Notes: generated from the letters alone by a model not told the origin. Positions 34,207 to 44,056 are shown, counted from the first letter of the stretch. The stretch: DNA of 64,000 nucleotides from a bacterium (GCA_030616605.1 JAUWWY010000002.1:30404-94403); one strand, 5' to 3'. Made by a program: numbers and translations.

Positions 34207-34971
34207 ATGTACGAAGATTTAAAAGGAAAAGTTGCTATTATAACCGGCAGCCGAAGAGGAATGGGTAGAACCCATGCTTTAATGTTAGCCCAGGCTGGTT
34301 CTAAGGTTATTGTTTCTGATATTTCTCAAGAGGACTGCCAAAAAGTAGTTAAAGAAATTGAAAAAGCTGGGGGAGAAGCTTTGGCTATCAAATGTGATGT
34401 GACAAAAAAAGAAGAGATAGATGAAATGGTTAAAAAAACAGTGGAAAAATTTGGCAAACTTGACATTTTGGTCAACAACGCTGGAATTGTTCAATTCAAA
34501 ACTTTTTTGGAAATGACTGAACAAGAATGGGATAAAACTTTAGATATTAATTTAAAAGGATACTTTTTGTGTGCCCAAGCTGCAGCCAAAGAGATGGTTA
34601 AACAAAAATCAGGAGTAATAATTAATATTGCTTCTGTTGCTATGGGCCAGCAGGGAATTGGAATGGCAAATATTGTCCAATATTGTGCCAGCAAAGGTGG
34701 GATTGCCGGGATGAGTGAAGCTTTAGCTATGGAATTAGCTCCTTATAATATTAGAGTTAATGTTATCTCTCCAGGAATGATTGAAACTCCGATGATTGAT
34801 TCAGTTAAAGAGGACCCAAAAATGATGGAAGCGATGTTAGCCAGGGTTCCAATGCATCGAGTAGCAAAACCAGAAGAAGTTTCTAACTTAGTTTTATTTT
34901 TAGCTTCTAATGCCTCCTCTTATATGACTGGCTCTTTAGTTGTAATTGACGGCGGCTGGTTGGCCGGCTAA
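34207..34971 (+). CDS. Short-chain dehydrogenase/reductase (FabG-like)
   Basis: TGSRRGMG Rossmann motif, NNAG, and the catalytic YxxxK (YCASK). Confidence 0.85.
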   Translation: MYEDLKGKVAIITGSRRGMGRTHALMLAQAGSKVIVSDISQEDCQKVVKEIEKAGGEALAIKCDVTKKEEIDEMVKKTVEKFGKLDILVNNAGIVQFKTFLEMTEQEWDKTLDINLKGYFLCAQAAAKEMVKQKSGVIINIASVAMGQQGIGMANIVQYCASKGGIAGMSEALAMELAPYNIRVNVISPGMIETPMIDSVKEDPKMMEAMLARVPMHRVAKPEEVSNLVLFLASNASSYMTGSLVVIDGGWLAG

Positions 34972-35002
34972 AAAATCCTACGAGATCAAATCTCATAAGA
35001 TT

Positions 35003-35239
35003 ATGAAAATCACTAAAGATACAACTTTAGCTGAAATTTTAAATTACTCTGGAACAGAGAAAATTTTAGAAAAATACAAACTGCCCTGCTTATTTTGTCC
35101 AATGGCAAAGTTTGAGATAGGAAGTTTAAAAATCGGCAAGGTCTGCAAAATTTACAATATTGATATTAAAAAACTTCTCAAAGAACTAAATAACCATGCA
35201 AAGAGAAAAAGCATTAAATTTATTAAAAGAAAATCTTAA
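35003..35239 (+). CDS. Small DUF1858-like (hybrid-cluster-associated redox disulfide) protein
   Basis: Start moved to MKITKDTTLAEIL...CLFCPMA. Its 3' end overlaps the next gene. Confidence 0.5.
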   Translation: MKITKDTTLAEILNYSGTEKILEKYKLPCLFCPMAKFEIGSLKIGKVCKIYNIDIKKLLKELNNHAKRKSIKFIKRKS

Positions 35240-35750
35240 AAATCAGAATTTAATTAAGCATTGCTTGGCAGTTGAAATAGTAATGAAAGAATTAGCTAAG
35301 CATTTTAACGAGAATGAAGAAAAATGGGCAATTTGTGGTTTATTGCATGATATTGATTATGAAAAGACAAAAGGTGACCCGAATTTACATTCAAAAATTG
35401 GAAGTGAAATGCTGAAAGATTTAGGTCTTGAAGAAGATATTTACCAGGCCGTCTTAACTCATAACGAAGCTCATAATATTGCTCCAGAAAGTTTAATGGC
35501 AAAAGCTTTATATTGTATTGACCCCTTAACCGGTTTAATTGTTGCAGCCACCCTGGTTTTACCATCAAAAAAGATAAATGATCTGCAAGTTGAAAGTGTT
35601 TTAAAGCGCTTCAAGGAAAAAGCTTTTGCCCGAGGGGCTAATCGAGAAATAATCGCCCAATGTCAAGAATACTTGAATTTAAGTTTAGAAAAATTTACAG
35701 AAATTGTTTTATCGGCTATGCAAAAAATTTCTGAGGAATTAGGCTTGTGA
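35196..35750 (+). CDS. HD-domain (HDIG-type) phosphohydrolase
   Basis: H...LHDIDYE...H motif pattern. 184 aa. Confidence 0.7.
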   Translation: MQREKALNLLKENLKNQNLIKHCLAVEIVMKELAKHFNENEEKWAICGLLHDIDYEKTKGDPNLHSKIGSEMLKDLGLEEDIYQAVLTHNEAHNIAPESLMAKALYCIDPLTGLIVAATLVLPSKKINDLQVESVLKRFKEKAFARGANREIIAQCQEYLNLSLEKFTEIVLSAMQKISEELGL

Positions 35751-36118
35751 GGTCTAAAGAATTAGGAAATTTTGGAGAAAAAATCGCCAGCAATTATCTT
35801 AAAAAGAAAAAATATAAAATTTTAGCTAAAAATTTTAAAAGAAAGTGGGGAGAAATTGATATTGTTACTAAAAAGAAAAATAAAATTATTTTCTTTGAGG
35901 TAAAGTCTATTTCGAAAAGAGAAGGATTTTTACCGGAAGACCAAATTTCTCAGAAAAAGAAAAGGCAGCTTTTAAAAATGGCTCAGATTTATTTATCAGA
36001 AAATAAAATCTCTTTAGCTGTCCCTCATCAAATTGATATTTTAGCAATTGAAATTTTTCCCGATTTTAAAAAAGCTAAAATTAGACATCTTGAAAATGCT
36101 CTTGAGGATTATTATTGA
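35747..36118 (+). CDS. yraN: YraN-family (UPF0102) endonuclease-like protein
   Basis: GEKIASNYLKKKKYKILAKNF..GEIDIV...FFEVKS is typical of the family. Confidence 0.8.
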   Translation: MRSKELGNFGEKIASNYLKKKKYKILAKNFKRKWGEIDIVTKKKNKIIFFEVKSISKREGFLPEDQISQKKKRQLLKMAQIYLSENKISLAVPHQIDILAIEIFPDFKKAKIRHLENALEDYY

Positions 36119-36144
36119 CAAATAATTTTATTTTTTGATATACT
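36115..36144 (+). promoter_or_regulatory. Sigma-70-type promoter for nusA (TTGACA, 18 nt, TG-n-TATACT)
   Basis: TTGACA at 36115-36120. Extended -10 TGATATACT ends at 36144. Confidence 0.55.
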
Positions 36145-36157
36145 TAAACAAAAGGTC

Positions 36158-36187
36158 GTCCGTTCTCACAAACGGACAATTTTATTA
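36158..36187 (+). promoter_or_regulatory. Terminator-like hairpin in the nusA leader (candidate attenuator)
   Basis: GTCCGTT-CTCACA-AACGGAC followed by AATTTTATT, located between the predicted promoter and the nusA ATG (36194). Confidence 0.45.
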
Positions 36188-36193
36188 AAAAAT

Positions 36194-37396
36194 ATGGATC
36201 TAAAAACACTAGCATCAGCAGTAATAGAAATTGCCGAAGAACGAGGAATTCCTCAAGAAAAAGTTATCAAAATAATTGAGGCAGCTTTAGCATCGGCCTA
36301 CAAAAAAGAGCATGGAGAAAAGAGGGAAAGATATAAAGCTAAACTTAATCCAAAAACAGGAGAGGTAAAATTCTGGCGATTAAAGTTAGTAGTTACAGAA
36401 GATATGCTTCTCTCTGAAAAAGAAATTGAGGAAATGAAACAAAAAAAGAGAAAGAATAAAGAAGAAGAAAAAATCCGTTTTAGTTCTGATAGACATATTC
36501 TTTTGGAAGAGGTCAAAAAAACTAATAAGAAAATAAAACCAGGCGAATATTTAGAAATCCCAGTTGAATCAAAAGAAGGTTTTGGTAGAATTGCTGCCCA
36601 AACAGCAAAACAAGTAATTCTCCAAAGAATAAAAGAGGTGGAAAAAGAAGTAATTCTAAAAAATTATAAAGAAAAAGAAGGAGAGATTGTTTCTGGAATT
36701 GTTCAAAGAGTTGAACCAAAAGCAGTCTTTTTTGACATTGGCAAAACTTCGGGAATTCTGCCAGGGTTGGAACAAATTCCCGGAGAGTTTTATCGACCTG
36801 GTCAAAGATTAAAACTCTATATTTTAAAAGTTGAAGAAACTGCAAAAGGACCTGTTATTTTCCTTTCCAGAACTTATGCTAAATTGGTTTCAAAACTTTT
36901 TGAGTTGGAAGTGCCCGAAATTTCAGCTAATCAGCTTGTTATAAAATCAATTGCCAGAGAGTCTGGCTCTCGAACAAAAATTTCTGTCCATGCTCTTGAA
37001 GAAGGAATTGACCCGGTCGGCTCTTTAATTGGCCAAAGAGGAACAAGAATTTTGGCAGTAATTAATGAATTAGGAGGCGAGAAAATTGATGTTGTTGAAT
37101 GGTCAGAAATTAAAGAAAGATATATTGCTAATGCCCTCAGTCCAGCCAAAGTCCTGGAAGTTGAAATTTTACCAAAAAACAAAGCTCGGGTCTTGGTGCC
37201 AACAGATCAACTTTCTTTAGCTATTGGCAAAAACGGTCAAAATGTAAGATTAGCCGCAAAATTAACCGGCTGGAAAATAGATGTCGCCTCAATAGATGAA
37301 ATAGAGAAAGAAAAAGTAAAAGAAGTAGTAGTAGAAAAAGAAGAAAAGAAAAAGAAATCTGTAGCCAAGAAAGAAAAAAGAAAACAAAAAAAGTAA
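36194..37396 (+). CDS. nusA: Transcription termination/antitermination factor NusA
   Basis: N-terminal domain, S1 (GEIVSGIVQRVE), two KH (GQRGTRI, GKNGQNVRLA), and a Lys-rich tail. Confidence 0.9.
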   Translation: MDLKTLASAVIEIAEERGIPQEKVIKIIEAALASAYKKEHGEKRERYKAKLNPKTGEVKFWRLKLVVTEDMLLSEKEIEEMKQKKRKNKEEEKIRFSSDRHILLEEVKKTNKKIKPGEYLEIPVESKEGFGRIAAQTAKQVILQRIKEVEKEVILKNYKEKEGEIVSGIVQRVEPKAVFFDIGKTSGILPGLEQIPGEFYRPGQRLKLYILKVEETAKGPVIFLSRTYAKLVSKLFELEVPEISANQLVIKSIARESGSRTKISVHALEEGIDPVGSLIGQRGTRILAVINELGGEKIDVVEWSEIKERYIANALSPAKVLEVEILPKNKARVLVPTDQLSLAIGKNGQNVRLAAKLTGWKIDVASIDEIEKEKVKEVVVEKEEKKKKSVAKKEKRKQKK

Positions 37397-37405
37397 TGAA
37401 AAAAT

Positions 37406-38947
37406 ATGGTAGCCAAGGTTTTCTCAGCTGCTCTTAAGGGTCTCTCTGCCCAAATTATTGAAGTTGAAGTTGCTGCTTCAAAAGGTTTAAGGTCTTTCAC
37501 TATTGTTGGTTTAGGAGACAAAGCAATTGAGGAAGCAAAAGAAAGAGTAGGAGCGGCTATAAAAAGCATTGGTTTTTCTCCTCCTTATCAGCAAACAAAA
37601 AGGGTTTTAATTAATCTTGCTCCGGCTAATTTAAAAAAAGAGGGAACCCTATATGATTTGCCTATTGCCTTAGCTTACCTTTTAGTCTCAAAACAAACGA
37701 TATTTAAATCTGAAGGAAAAATTATTTTAGGAGAGCTGGCTTTGGATGGAAGACTAAAACCAATTAAAGGGGCTATTTCTTTTGCTCTTTCAGCTCAAGA
37801 GAAAGGGTTCTCAGAAATAATTTTACCAAAAGAAAACAAAAAAGAAGCAAGTTTAGCCCGACTTTTAAAAACTAAAAAGACAATTAAAGTTGTCGGAGTT
37901 GAAAGTTTAAAAGAGGTTATAGATTATTTAAAGGGAGAAAAAGAAATTGAAGACGAAGAAATAAATCTTTCCGATTTAAAAACTTCTTTAGATTTTGAAA
38001 TTGAATTCAATTGGATTAAAGGCCAAAATCATGCTAAAAGAGGTTTGGAAATTGCGGCTGCTGGAGGACACAACGTTCTTTTCCAGGGACCACCAGGAGC
38101 CGGAAAAACTCTATTGGCTAAATCAATTGTTTCAATTCTGCCAAAACTGTCTATTGAGGAATTATTAGAAATTACCAAAATTTACAGCACGGCTGGTCTT
38201 CTAAAAGAAAATTCTTTTTTAAGCCAAAGAGTCTTTCGTTCTCCTCATCATACCTCTTCTGAAGTCGCTTTAATTGGCGGTGGTTCTCCTCCAAGACCTG
38301 GAGAAATAACTCTTGCTCATCGAGGAGTTTTATTTTTAGATGAATTCCCGGAGTTCCATCGGGATGTTTTAGAAAGCTTGCGTCAACCCATAGAAGATGG
38401 AGAAATTACTATTCAAAGGGCAAAAGATACTTCAACTTTTCCCAGTAAATTCACTTTAATTGCTGCCAGCAACCCTTGCCCTTGCGGTTATTACGGAGAC
38501 CCAGAAAAAGAATGCAGCTGTACTTTTTCTCAAATTGCTTCTTATCAAAGAAAATTATCAGGACCCTTAATGGATAGAGTTGATATTTTTTGCTGGATTC
38601 CTTCTTTAAAATATGAGGAACTGGTTTCAACTGATAAACAAAATTTAAGTGATGATATTAGAGAAAAAGTAGAAATAGCAAAAAAAATTCAAAAAGAGAG
38701 ATTTGGAAAAGGAAAAATTTTAACTAATTCTGAAATGAAAATTCCTCAAATAAAAAAATACTGTCAAGTTAACAGTAATTCTCAAATTATCTTAAAAAAA
38801 TACGTTGACTCAGGAAAACTTTCTGCTCGAGGGTATCATCGGATTTTGAAAGTAGCCAGAACTATTGCTGATTTGGAAGAAAAAGAGAATATCTCATTTA
38901 ATAATATCACTGAAGCTCTTATCTATCGTTCTAGAAAAAATGATTGA
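37406..38947 (+). CDS. comM: YifB/ComM-family Mg-chelatase-like AAA+ ATPase
   Basis: Lon-like N-domain, Walker A GPPGAGKT, Walker B LFLDEFPEF. 513 aa. Confidence 0.85.
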   Translation: MVAKVFSAALKGLSAQIIEVEVAASKGLRSFTIVGLGDKAIEEAKERVGAAIKSIGFSPPYQQTKRVLINLAPANLKKEGTLYDLPIALAYLLVSKQTIFKSEGKIILGELALDGRLKPIKGAISFALSAQEKGFSEIILPKENKKEASLARLLKTKKTIKVVGVESLKEVIDYLKGEKEIEDEEINLSDLKTSLDFEIEFNWIKGQNHAKRGLEIAAAGGHNVLFQGPPGAGKTLLAKSIVSILPKLSIEELLEITKIYSTAGLLKENSFLSQRVFRSPHHTSSEVALIGGGSPPRPGEITLAHRGVLFLDEFPEFHRDVLESLRQPIEDGEITIQRAKDTSTFPSKFTLIAASNPCPCGYYGDPEKECSCTFSQIASYQRKLSGPLMDRVDIFCWIPSLKYEELVSTDKQNLSDDIREKVEIAKKIQKERFGKGKILTNSEMKIPQIKKYCQVNSNSQIILKKYVDSGKLSARGYHRILKVARTIADLEEKENISFNNITEALIYRSRKND

Positions 38948-38948
38948 T

Positions 38949-39950
38949 TTAATTTTGCTCTCCCCACCTTAAATAAGTTCCTACTGGATATTTACTTAAA
39001 AAGTTTCTTGTTCCCCTGAGGTCGAAGTGAAGATGACAACCTGTAGCTCCCAAAGTATATCCTGTATTTCCTGTCCGCCCGATAATTTCTCCTTTGGATA
39101 CTTTCTGACCTGGTCTAACCAAAATCTGAGAAAGGTGGCCATAATAACTGACTACTCCATTGGGATGCAAAATTGTAATTCTATTTCCCCCAATCCAAAT
39201 TGGGCCAGCTCTCTGAACTATACCACTAGCTACAGCCACCACTGAACTTCCACAGTTATTAGCAATATCAATAGCATTCCCGATTACCCCGTGAAGTCCC
39301 TGACTTATCCTTCCCTGACAGGGAAAGATAAAGTAAGACTCAGCTAAAGGTATTTGAGAAACCATGAGAGGAATTAAAGGCATCTTGCCTCCCGGAATAA
39401 TTAAAAGGTCTCCAATGAAAATATCATCTCGATCTGAAAGTTCATTAAGAGCAACAATTTCATCTACTTCTGCTTTATAAATTTGAGCGATTTGGCTTAA
39501 TGTATCTCCTTTTCTGGCAACATGCAAAACCCCGGAAACAGGTAAAATAATCAGCTTTTGACCCAACTTTATAACTGTGTTTCTGGACAAATCGTTTGCC
39601 CAAAGAATGGTTTCTAAAGAAATATCAAATTCCTGAGCTATAGAACTTAAATTGTCTCCTGGCTGAACAATATATTCTTCAATTTCTCTTCTATCTGGAA
39701 ATCCAGTAAAAGTTCCTAAAATTCTTCCCGAAACCAAAAAGGGCGGTCCTTCTGACTCTAAAAAGGCGCCCTCAACAACACTTAAATCAAAAACTTCAAA
39801 TATCTTTTTCTCCTGAGGAAATAAATATTGTGTTTCATCAAAGATATTCCTTTGAAATAAAAATGGTTTCTCTTTCTGGAAAAAAGAGAAAGCAAGAAAA
39901 ACAGTTAAACAAAGTATAGAAATCCCTATGTAAATTTTCCAATGCTTCAT
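38949..39950 (-). CDS. Secreted peptidoglycan hydrolase: two LysM domains plus an M23 metallopeptidase domain
   Basis: LysM motifs YIVQPGDNLSSIAQEF and HVARKGDTLSQIAQIY. M23 motifs HGVIGNAIDI and GNTGYTLGATGCHLHFDL. Confidence 0.85.
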   Translation of the reverse strand: MKHWKIYIGISILCLTVFLAFSFFQKEKPFLFQRNIFDETQYLFPQEKKIFEVFDLSVVEGAFLESEGPPFLVSGRILGTFTGFPDRREIEEYIVQPGDNLSSIAQEFDISLETILWANDLSRNTVIKLGQKLIILPVSGVLHVARKGDTLSQIAQIYKAEVDEIVALNELSDRDDIFIGDLLIIPGGKMPLIPLMVSQIPLAESYFIFPCQGRISQGLHGVIGNAIDIANNCGSSVVAVASGIVQRAGPIWIGGNRITILHPNGVVSYYGHLSQILVRPGQKVSKGEIIGRTGNTGYTLGATGCHLHFDLRGTRNFLSKYPVGTYLRWGEQN

Positions 39951-40015
39951 AAAGCTTATCTAAAAAATACCTCGAAAAATGAAAAAAAGCAAGTCAAGTT
40001 ATCCACACCCCTTTA

Positions 40016-40825
40016 ATGAAAAAAGAGATTAAAAATTTACTAAAAGCGAAAAATATCTTACCTAAAAAGAGATTGGGGCAGAATTTTCTAATCTCAGAAA
40101 AAGTTTTAGAAAAAATTATTGCTGCCGCCCAATTAAAGCCTGAAGATACTATTTTAGAAATAGGACCGGGTATTGGTATTCTGACAAAAGAAATAGCTCA
40201 AAAAGCAAAAAAAGTTATAGCTGTTGAAAAAGACCTGAGGATGATTGATATCCTAAAAGAAAACCTAAAAGATTTCCAAAATGTAGAAATTATAAATGAA
40301 GATATCTTGAAACTTAGAGAGGAACAATGGCCTCAAGAAAACTATAAACTTGTCGCCAATTTACCTTACTATATTACAGCGCCGGTCATTCGAATGTTTT
40401 TAGAATCAGCCCATCCGCCAAAATTGATGGTTTTGATGGTTCAGAAAGAAGTTGGTCAAAGAATCTGTGCCAAACCGCCTCGAATGTCAAAACTTGCTGT
40501 TTTTTGCCAATTTTTTGGAAAGCCGGAAATTATCGATATTGTCTCAAAAAAATCTTTCTGGCCCCAACCCAAAGTTGATTCAGCTATTATAAAAATAGTT
40601 CCGCATCAGTCTCCTCTTTCAAGTCAGCTCCACCAACGATTCATCAAAATCGTAAAAGCTGGATTTTCTCATCCCAGGAAACAATTAGTAAAAAATCTTT
40701 TTTTGAATTTAAATCTTTCTCGACAAAGTGTTGAGAGATGGCTTTTGAAAAATAATATTCAACCAAGCCAGCGGGCAGAAACCTTAAGTTTGAATGATTG
40801 GCTGAACTTGACTCTTCATTCTTAA
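40016..40825 (+). CDS. rsmA: 16S rRNA (adenine1518/1519-N6)-dimethyltransferase
   Basis: LGQNFL, SAM motif EIGPGIGILT, and NLPYYIT. Confidence 0.9.
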   Translation: MKKEIKNLLKAKNILPKKRLGQNFLISEKVLEKIIAAAQLKPEDTILEIGPGIGILTKEIAQKAKKVIAVEKDLRMIDILKENLKDFQNVEIINEDILKLREEQWPQENYKLVANLPYYITAPVIRMFLESAHPPKLMVLMVQKEVGQRICAKPPRMSKLAVFCQFFGKPEIIDIVSKKSFWPQPKVDSAIIKIVPHQSPLSSQLHQRFIKIVKAGFSHPRKQLVKNLFLNLNLSRQSVERWLLKNNIQPSQRAETLSLNDWLNLTLHS

Positions 40826-40849
40826 TATTTTTTTTGGTAGAATGATTTA

Positions 40850-42910
40850 ATGAGTAAATTTTTTAAAAAACAAGTAGTTTTAACTTTTCTGATTTTTCTA
40901 ATCCTTGGTCTCTTTTTTCCAACAAACCTTGTTCAAGCCCAAGCTTGGTATGTTAAAGTATTCACTGGTCTGCCTAATGCACTGGTTGTTTTGGCTCTTC
41001 AATTAGTCCTTTTAGCTGCAAATGGAATATTTTTTCTTGCCAGTGAGCTCTTGTCCTGGGTAATTAGCGGCCCCTTTAATCTCTCTTTTACCAACCCGGC
41101 AAATAATCCAGCTATAGCCATTGGCTGGACTTTGCTCCGTGACCTGACTAATATGCTCTTTATTTTGGGTTTGGCTTATATTGGTTTGGCTACTGCTTTA
41201 AACTTAGGTGGTTTTGAGACTAAAAAAACATTTGCCAACATCTTACTCGTTGCCCTTATAATTAACTTTACTCCGGTGATTTGCGGGGTAGTTGTTGATA
41301 TCTCAAATGTCCTGTCCAATTTCTTTTTGGGAAATGTCAGTTTTAATAGTCTTGTGGAAATTGGTGAAATATATCGAGGCGGTATTGGAGAAGCAATTAA
41401 AAACCTTACTGATATGGCAACTATAGTTAAAGTCCTTATTTTAATTGTTTATGCCATTTTAGGCTCTTTGATTCTTTTCCTTTTTACTATAATCTTTTTT
41501 GTAAGACCTATAGCTATCTGGATTTTAGTTATTCTCTCTCCAATAGCTTTCTTTGCCTGGATTTTTAATGATACAAGAAAATTTTTCAAGATGTGGTGGG
41601 GTCAGTTCATACAATGGAGTTTCATTGCTGTTCCAGCCGGATTTTTCATTTATCTCAGCCAGCAAATTTTAGTCAGAAAGGGGGAATTCGAAACATCTGG
41701 AGGCGCTGGTTTTTTGAACGAGTTTACCGCTGCTATAGCTCCCTACATTTTAGTTATTGCCTTTTTGTTTTTTGGCTTTTTTATGAGTCTAAAAACAAAC
41801 GCTATGGGAAGTGAGGCAGCAATAAAGTTAGGCAAAAAGGTTGGGGGATTAGCAATAACAGGAGGAAAATTCGTTGGTAAAAAAGGAGCATTAGGAACCC
41901 AAAGATGGTTAGAAAGAAAAGGAGAAATACCAAAACCTGGCGAGAAAGGACGAGCAGAATGGGAAAAAGAACACAAAATAAGAGCCGGATTTGGAAAATT
42001 TGGAAGATATGCTTTTGGTGAAGGAACTGAGGAAGAGAAAAGGAGATGGGGTACCTGGGGGAAAATTAGAAAAGGGACAGCTACTGCCCTTACCCTGGGT
42101 GCACCTGTTTGGGTAAGACCTTTGGGAAGATATGTTTCGGGTAAAATGGAAGAGGAAAGAGAAAGAGAAATTCAAAAAACATATAAAAAGGTTCAAGGAA
42201 AAACCCTGGCTACTCAAGAAGCTGCTCTTAAAAATTCTCTTTCTCTGTCAGGACCTCTGGGAAGAGAGCAAAGAATTGGCACTCTCCAGGCAATAACTGA
42301 AGACCGTAATTTTGAAAAAATAATAACCGAGTCAAAAGAAAGAAAAAGGATAATAAATAGGGTCTTAGAAGATGCATTAAAGTTCCGACCTGAAACTGTT
42401 GCTAAAACTCTAAGATTTCTTGACCCAGAAGTAACCCAAAAAGTTAGTATAGAAATGAAACTACCTCAAGATATTCTTAAAAAAGCTGGGATAAGTTTTA
42501 GCGATGAAGACCTGAAAAAAGGATTTAAAAATTTAACTGAAAAATTAATAGGTACAATTCAACCAAGTAAAATGAGTTTGTGGTCAGAAGACGTAGCTGG
42601 AGAGGTTGCCAGAAGTGAAGCTGCTCATAAATTCTGGACTGGAGCTCATATCAGTGAAGGAGGTAAATTGTTTGGAGCAATCTTCTTTGGAAAATTTCGA
42701 GAAGGAATGCAATCAGTTGCCGGAGAAACTGAAGATAAACAAAAAAAGTTTTATGAAAAACATAATCCATCACTTCACAAATATCTTGGTAGTTCAGCAG
42801 CTCAAGGATTAGGTGTTGGCTTTGGCGCAGTTCCAAAAAAGAAAGAAGCTAAAAAGATTAGCGAAGAAGAAAGGGAGGGATTTATTAGGGGGAGAGGACC
42901 GGGAAAATAG
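40850..42910 (+). CDS. VirB6/TrbL-like polytopic membrane protein with a ~330-aa K/R/E/G-rich cytoplasmic tail (T4SS-like cluster)
   Basis: Signal peptide, at least 6 TM helices in the first ~340 aa, then a charged soluble tail. The call rests on topology and context only. Confidence 0.45.
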   Translation: MSKFFKKQVVLTFLIFLILGLFFPTNLVQAQAWYVKVFTGLPNALVVLALQLVLLAANGIFFLASELLSWVISGPFNLSFTNPANNPAIAIGWTLLRDLTNMLFILGLAYIGLATALNLGGFETKKTFANILLVALIINFTPVICGVVVDISNVLSNFFLGNVSFNSLVEIGEIYRGGIGEAIKNLTDMATIVKVLILIVYAILGSLILFLFTIIFFVRPIAIWILVILSPIAFFAWIFNDTRKFFKMWWGQFIQWSFIAVPAGFFIYLSQQILVRKGEFETSGGAGFLNEFTAAIAPYILVIAFLFFGFFMSLKTNAMGSEAAIKLGKKVGGLAITGGKFVGKKGALGTQRWLERKGEIPKPGEKGRAEWEKEHKIRAGFGKFGRYAFGEGTEEEKRRWGTWGKIRKGTATALTLGAPVWVRPLGRYVSGKMEEEREREIQKTYKKVQGKTLATQEAALKNSLSLSGPLGREQRIGTLQAITEDRNFEKIITESKERKRIINRVLEDALKFRPETVAKTLRFLDPEVTQKVSIEMKLPQDILKKAGISFSDEDLKKGFKNLTEKLIGTIQPSKMSLWSEDVAGEVARSEAAHKFWTGAHISEGGKLFGAIFFGKFREGMQSVAGETEDKQKKFYEKHNPSLHKYLGSSAAQGLGVGFGAVPKKKEAKKISEEEREGFIRGRGPGK

Positions 42911-42929
42911 ATAAAATTTAGGATAAAAA

Positions 42930-42961
42930 CAAAAAAGAAGAGTTTTTTACTCTTCTTTTTT
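42930..42961. terminator. Bidirectional rho-independent terminator between convergent genes
   Basis: AAGAAGAGT-TTTTT-ACTCTTCTT stem-loop with an A-run upstream and a T-run downstream. Confidence 0.7.
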
Positions 42962-42993
42962 GATTGCTTTAGAACATTTTTCTGTTCTAGGGT

Positions 42994-43890
42994 CTAAAGA
43001 TTTCCTATCTTTTCCAAGATCTTCAGATCTCTCAGCTGTTCTATAGTCATTGCCTGTCCTTCTACGCCTCCCACTATGAGACCGGCTATTTCTTTGGAAA
43101 CGCCCTTTTCTATATAGGCCTCTAATCGAAGGGAAATTGCCTTTTTTTCGGACATTGCCGCTTCAGCTTCTCTGGCTTTTATTTCGGGTTTTTCCCAGGC
43201 CTTTTCAGTCTCATCGGGGAACTTGACACTCGACAACTCTATGTCCAAGCATTCTTTCGGTATACCCACTTCAAAGAAGGGGTTGCCTTCTTCGCTAAGC
43301 AAATAGTTTTTGATTTCTTCTTCAATCTCGGGTTGACTTTCTCGGCACTCTTCAGATGTCCTTTCTGACATCCGATGTCTCACTGCGCCGAGAACTGTAT
43401 TTTCAAAGAACTTACCAAACTCCTCTATATCCGCCTTCAGCAGATTCTTGATTGGAAGTCTATAATAGGCTTTTAAGAGTAGTTCTTTTCCTAAAACTCT
43501 CCCCCAATTTGTTGCCAATTGTTCTTTTGGGGAAGTTTCCTGTTCAGACACAGGCACAGGAAAAGAGTATTCCCTGTCTACTCGAGGCCATCGAAAATAA
43601 ACCCCTATCTTTACTTCCATCCGCTGACTACTCATCTCTCCTGACTTCTTTGAATACAATCCTCTAAGAATTTGATAACTTAAGTCATACTGACCGGTCG
43701 GAAACAGTTTTAATCCCTCAAAAGGCCAAAGGATAAAGCAAAGCCCAGAAGGGACTGCTTTGTCCGGCTTGGCAAATCTCGTTTTAACTGCCTGAACAGG
43801 AGTATCAGTCGTTCCGACCTGCCTCACACATTTTAGCAACCAAAATCCCATAAAGACGATAAGTACGGCAATTATCAGCCACTGATTCAT
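42994..43890 (-). CDS. SPFH/Band-7-like membrane-anchored protein (antisense to the surrounding cluster, visibly more G+C-rich)
   Basis: N-terminal TM helix followed by V.QVG...V.TRF.KP...V.SGLCFILWPFE, which resembles the start of an SPFH domain. AAGGAG RBS present. Confidence 0.45.
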   Translation of the reverse strand: MNQWLIIAVLIVFMGFWLLKCVRQVGTTDTPVQAVKTRFAKPDKAVPSGLCFILWPFEGLKLFPTGQYDLSYQILRGLYSKKSGEMSSQRMEVKIGVYFRWPRVDREYSFPVPVSEQETSPKEQLATNWGRVLGKELLLKAYYRLPIKNLLKADIEEFGKFFENTVLGAVRHRMSERTSEECRESQPEIEEEIKNYLLSEEGNPFFEVGIPKECLDIELSSVKFPDETEKAWEKPEIKAREAEAAMSEKKAISLRLEAYIEKGVSKEIAGLIVGGVEGQAMTIEQLRDLKILEKIGNL

Positions 43891-44025
43891 TTTCTTTTCT
43901 CCTTTCCAAATATTATTGTTTAGGTACTAACTAGACAATAACAGGAAATCTTATCAGTGTCAAGTAGAGATTGTTCCCGAATAAGGACTGTTCCTATTGT
44001 TTGGTTTTTTTTATCTTTTAGCTTG

Positions 44026-44034
44026 TGCTATAAT
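44026..44034 (+). promoter_or_regulatory. Extended -10 promoter element TGCTATAAT
   Basis: TG-n-TATAAT ends 22 nt upstream of the ATG at 44057. Confidence 0.5.
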
Positions 44035-44056
44035 AAAACGAAAGTATAATAAAAAT

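Noticed and set aside
36298-37569. Several 70-110-aa antisense ORFs lie within nusA and comM. Similar antisense ORFs occur inside infB, pilM, the VirB6-like gene and the giant genes.
   Set aside because: Their translations are low-complexity (S/F/L-rich), typical of antisense frames of A+T-rich, Lys/Glu-rich genes. No RBS or conservation argument supports them.
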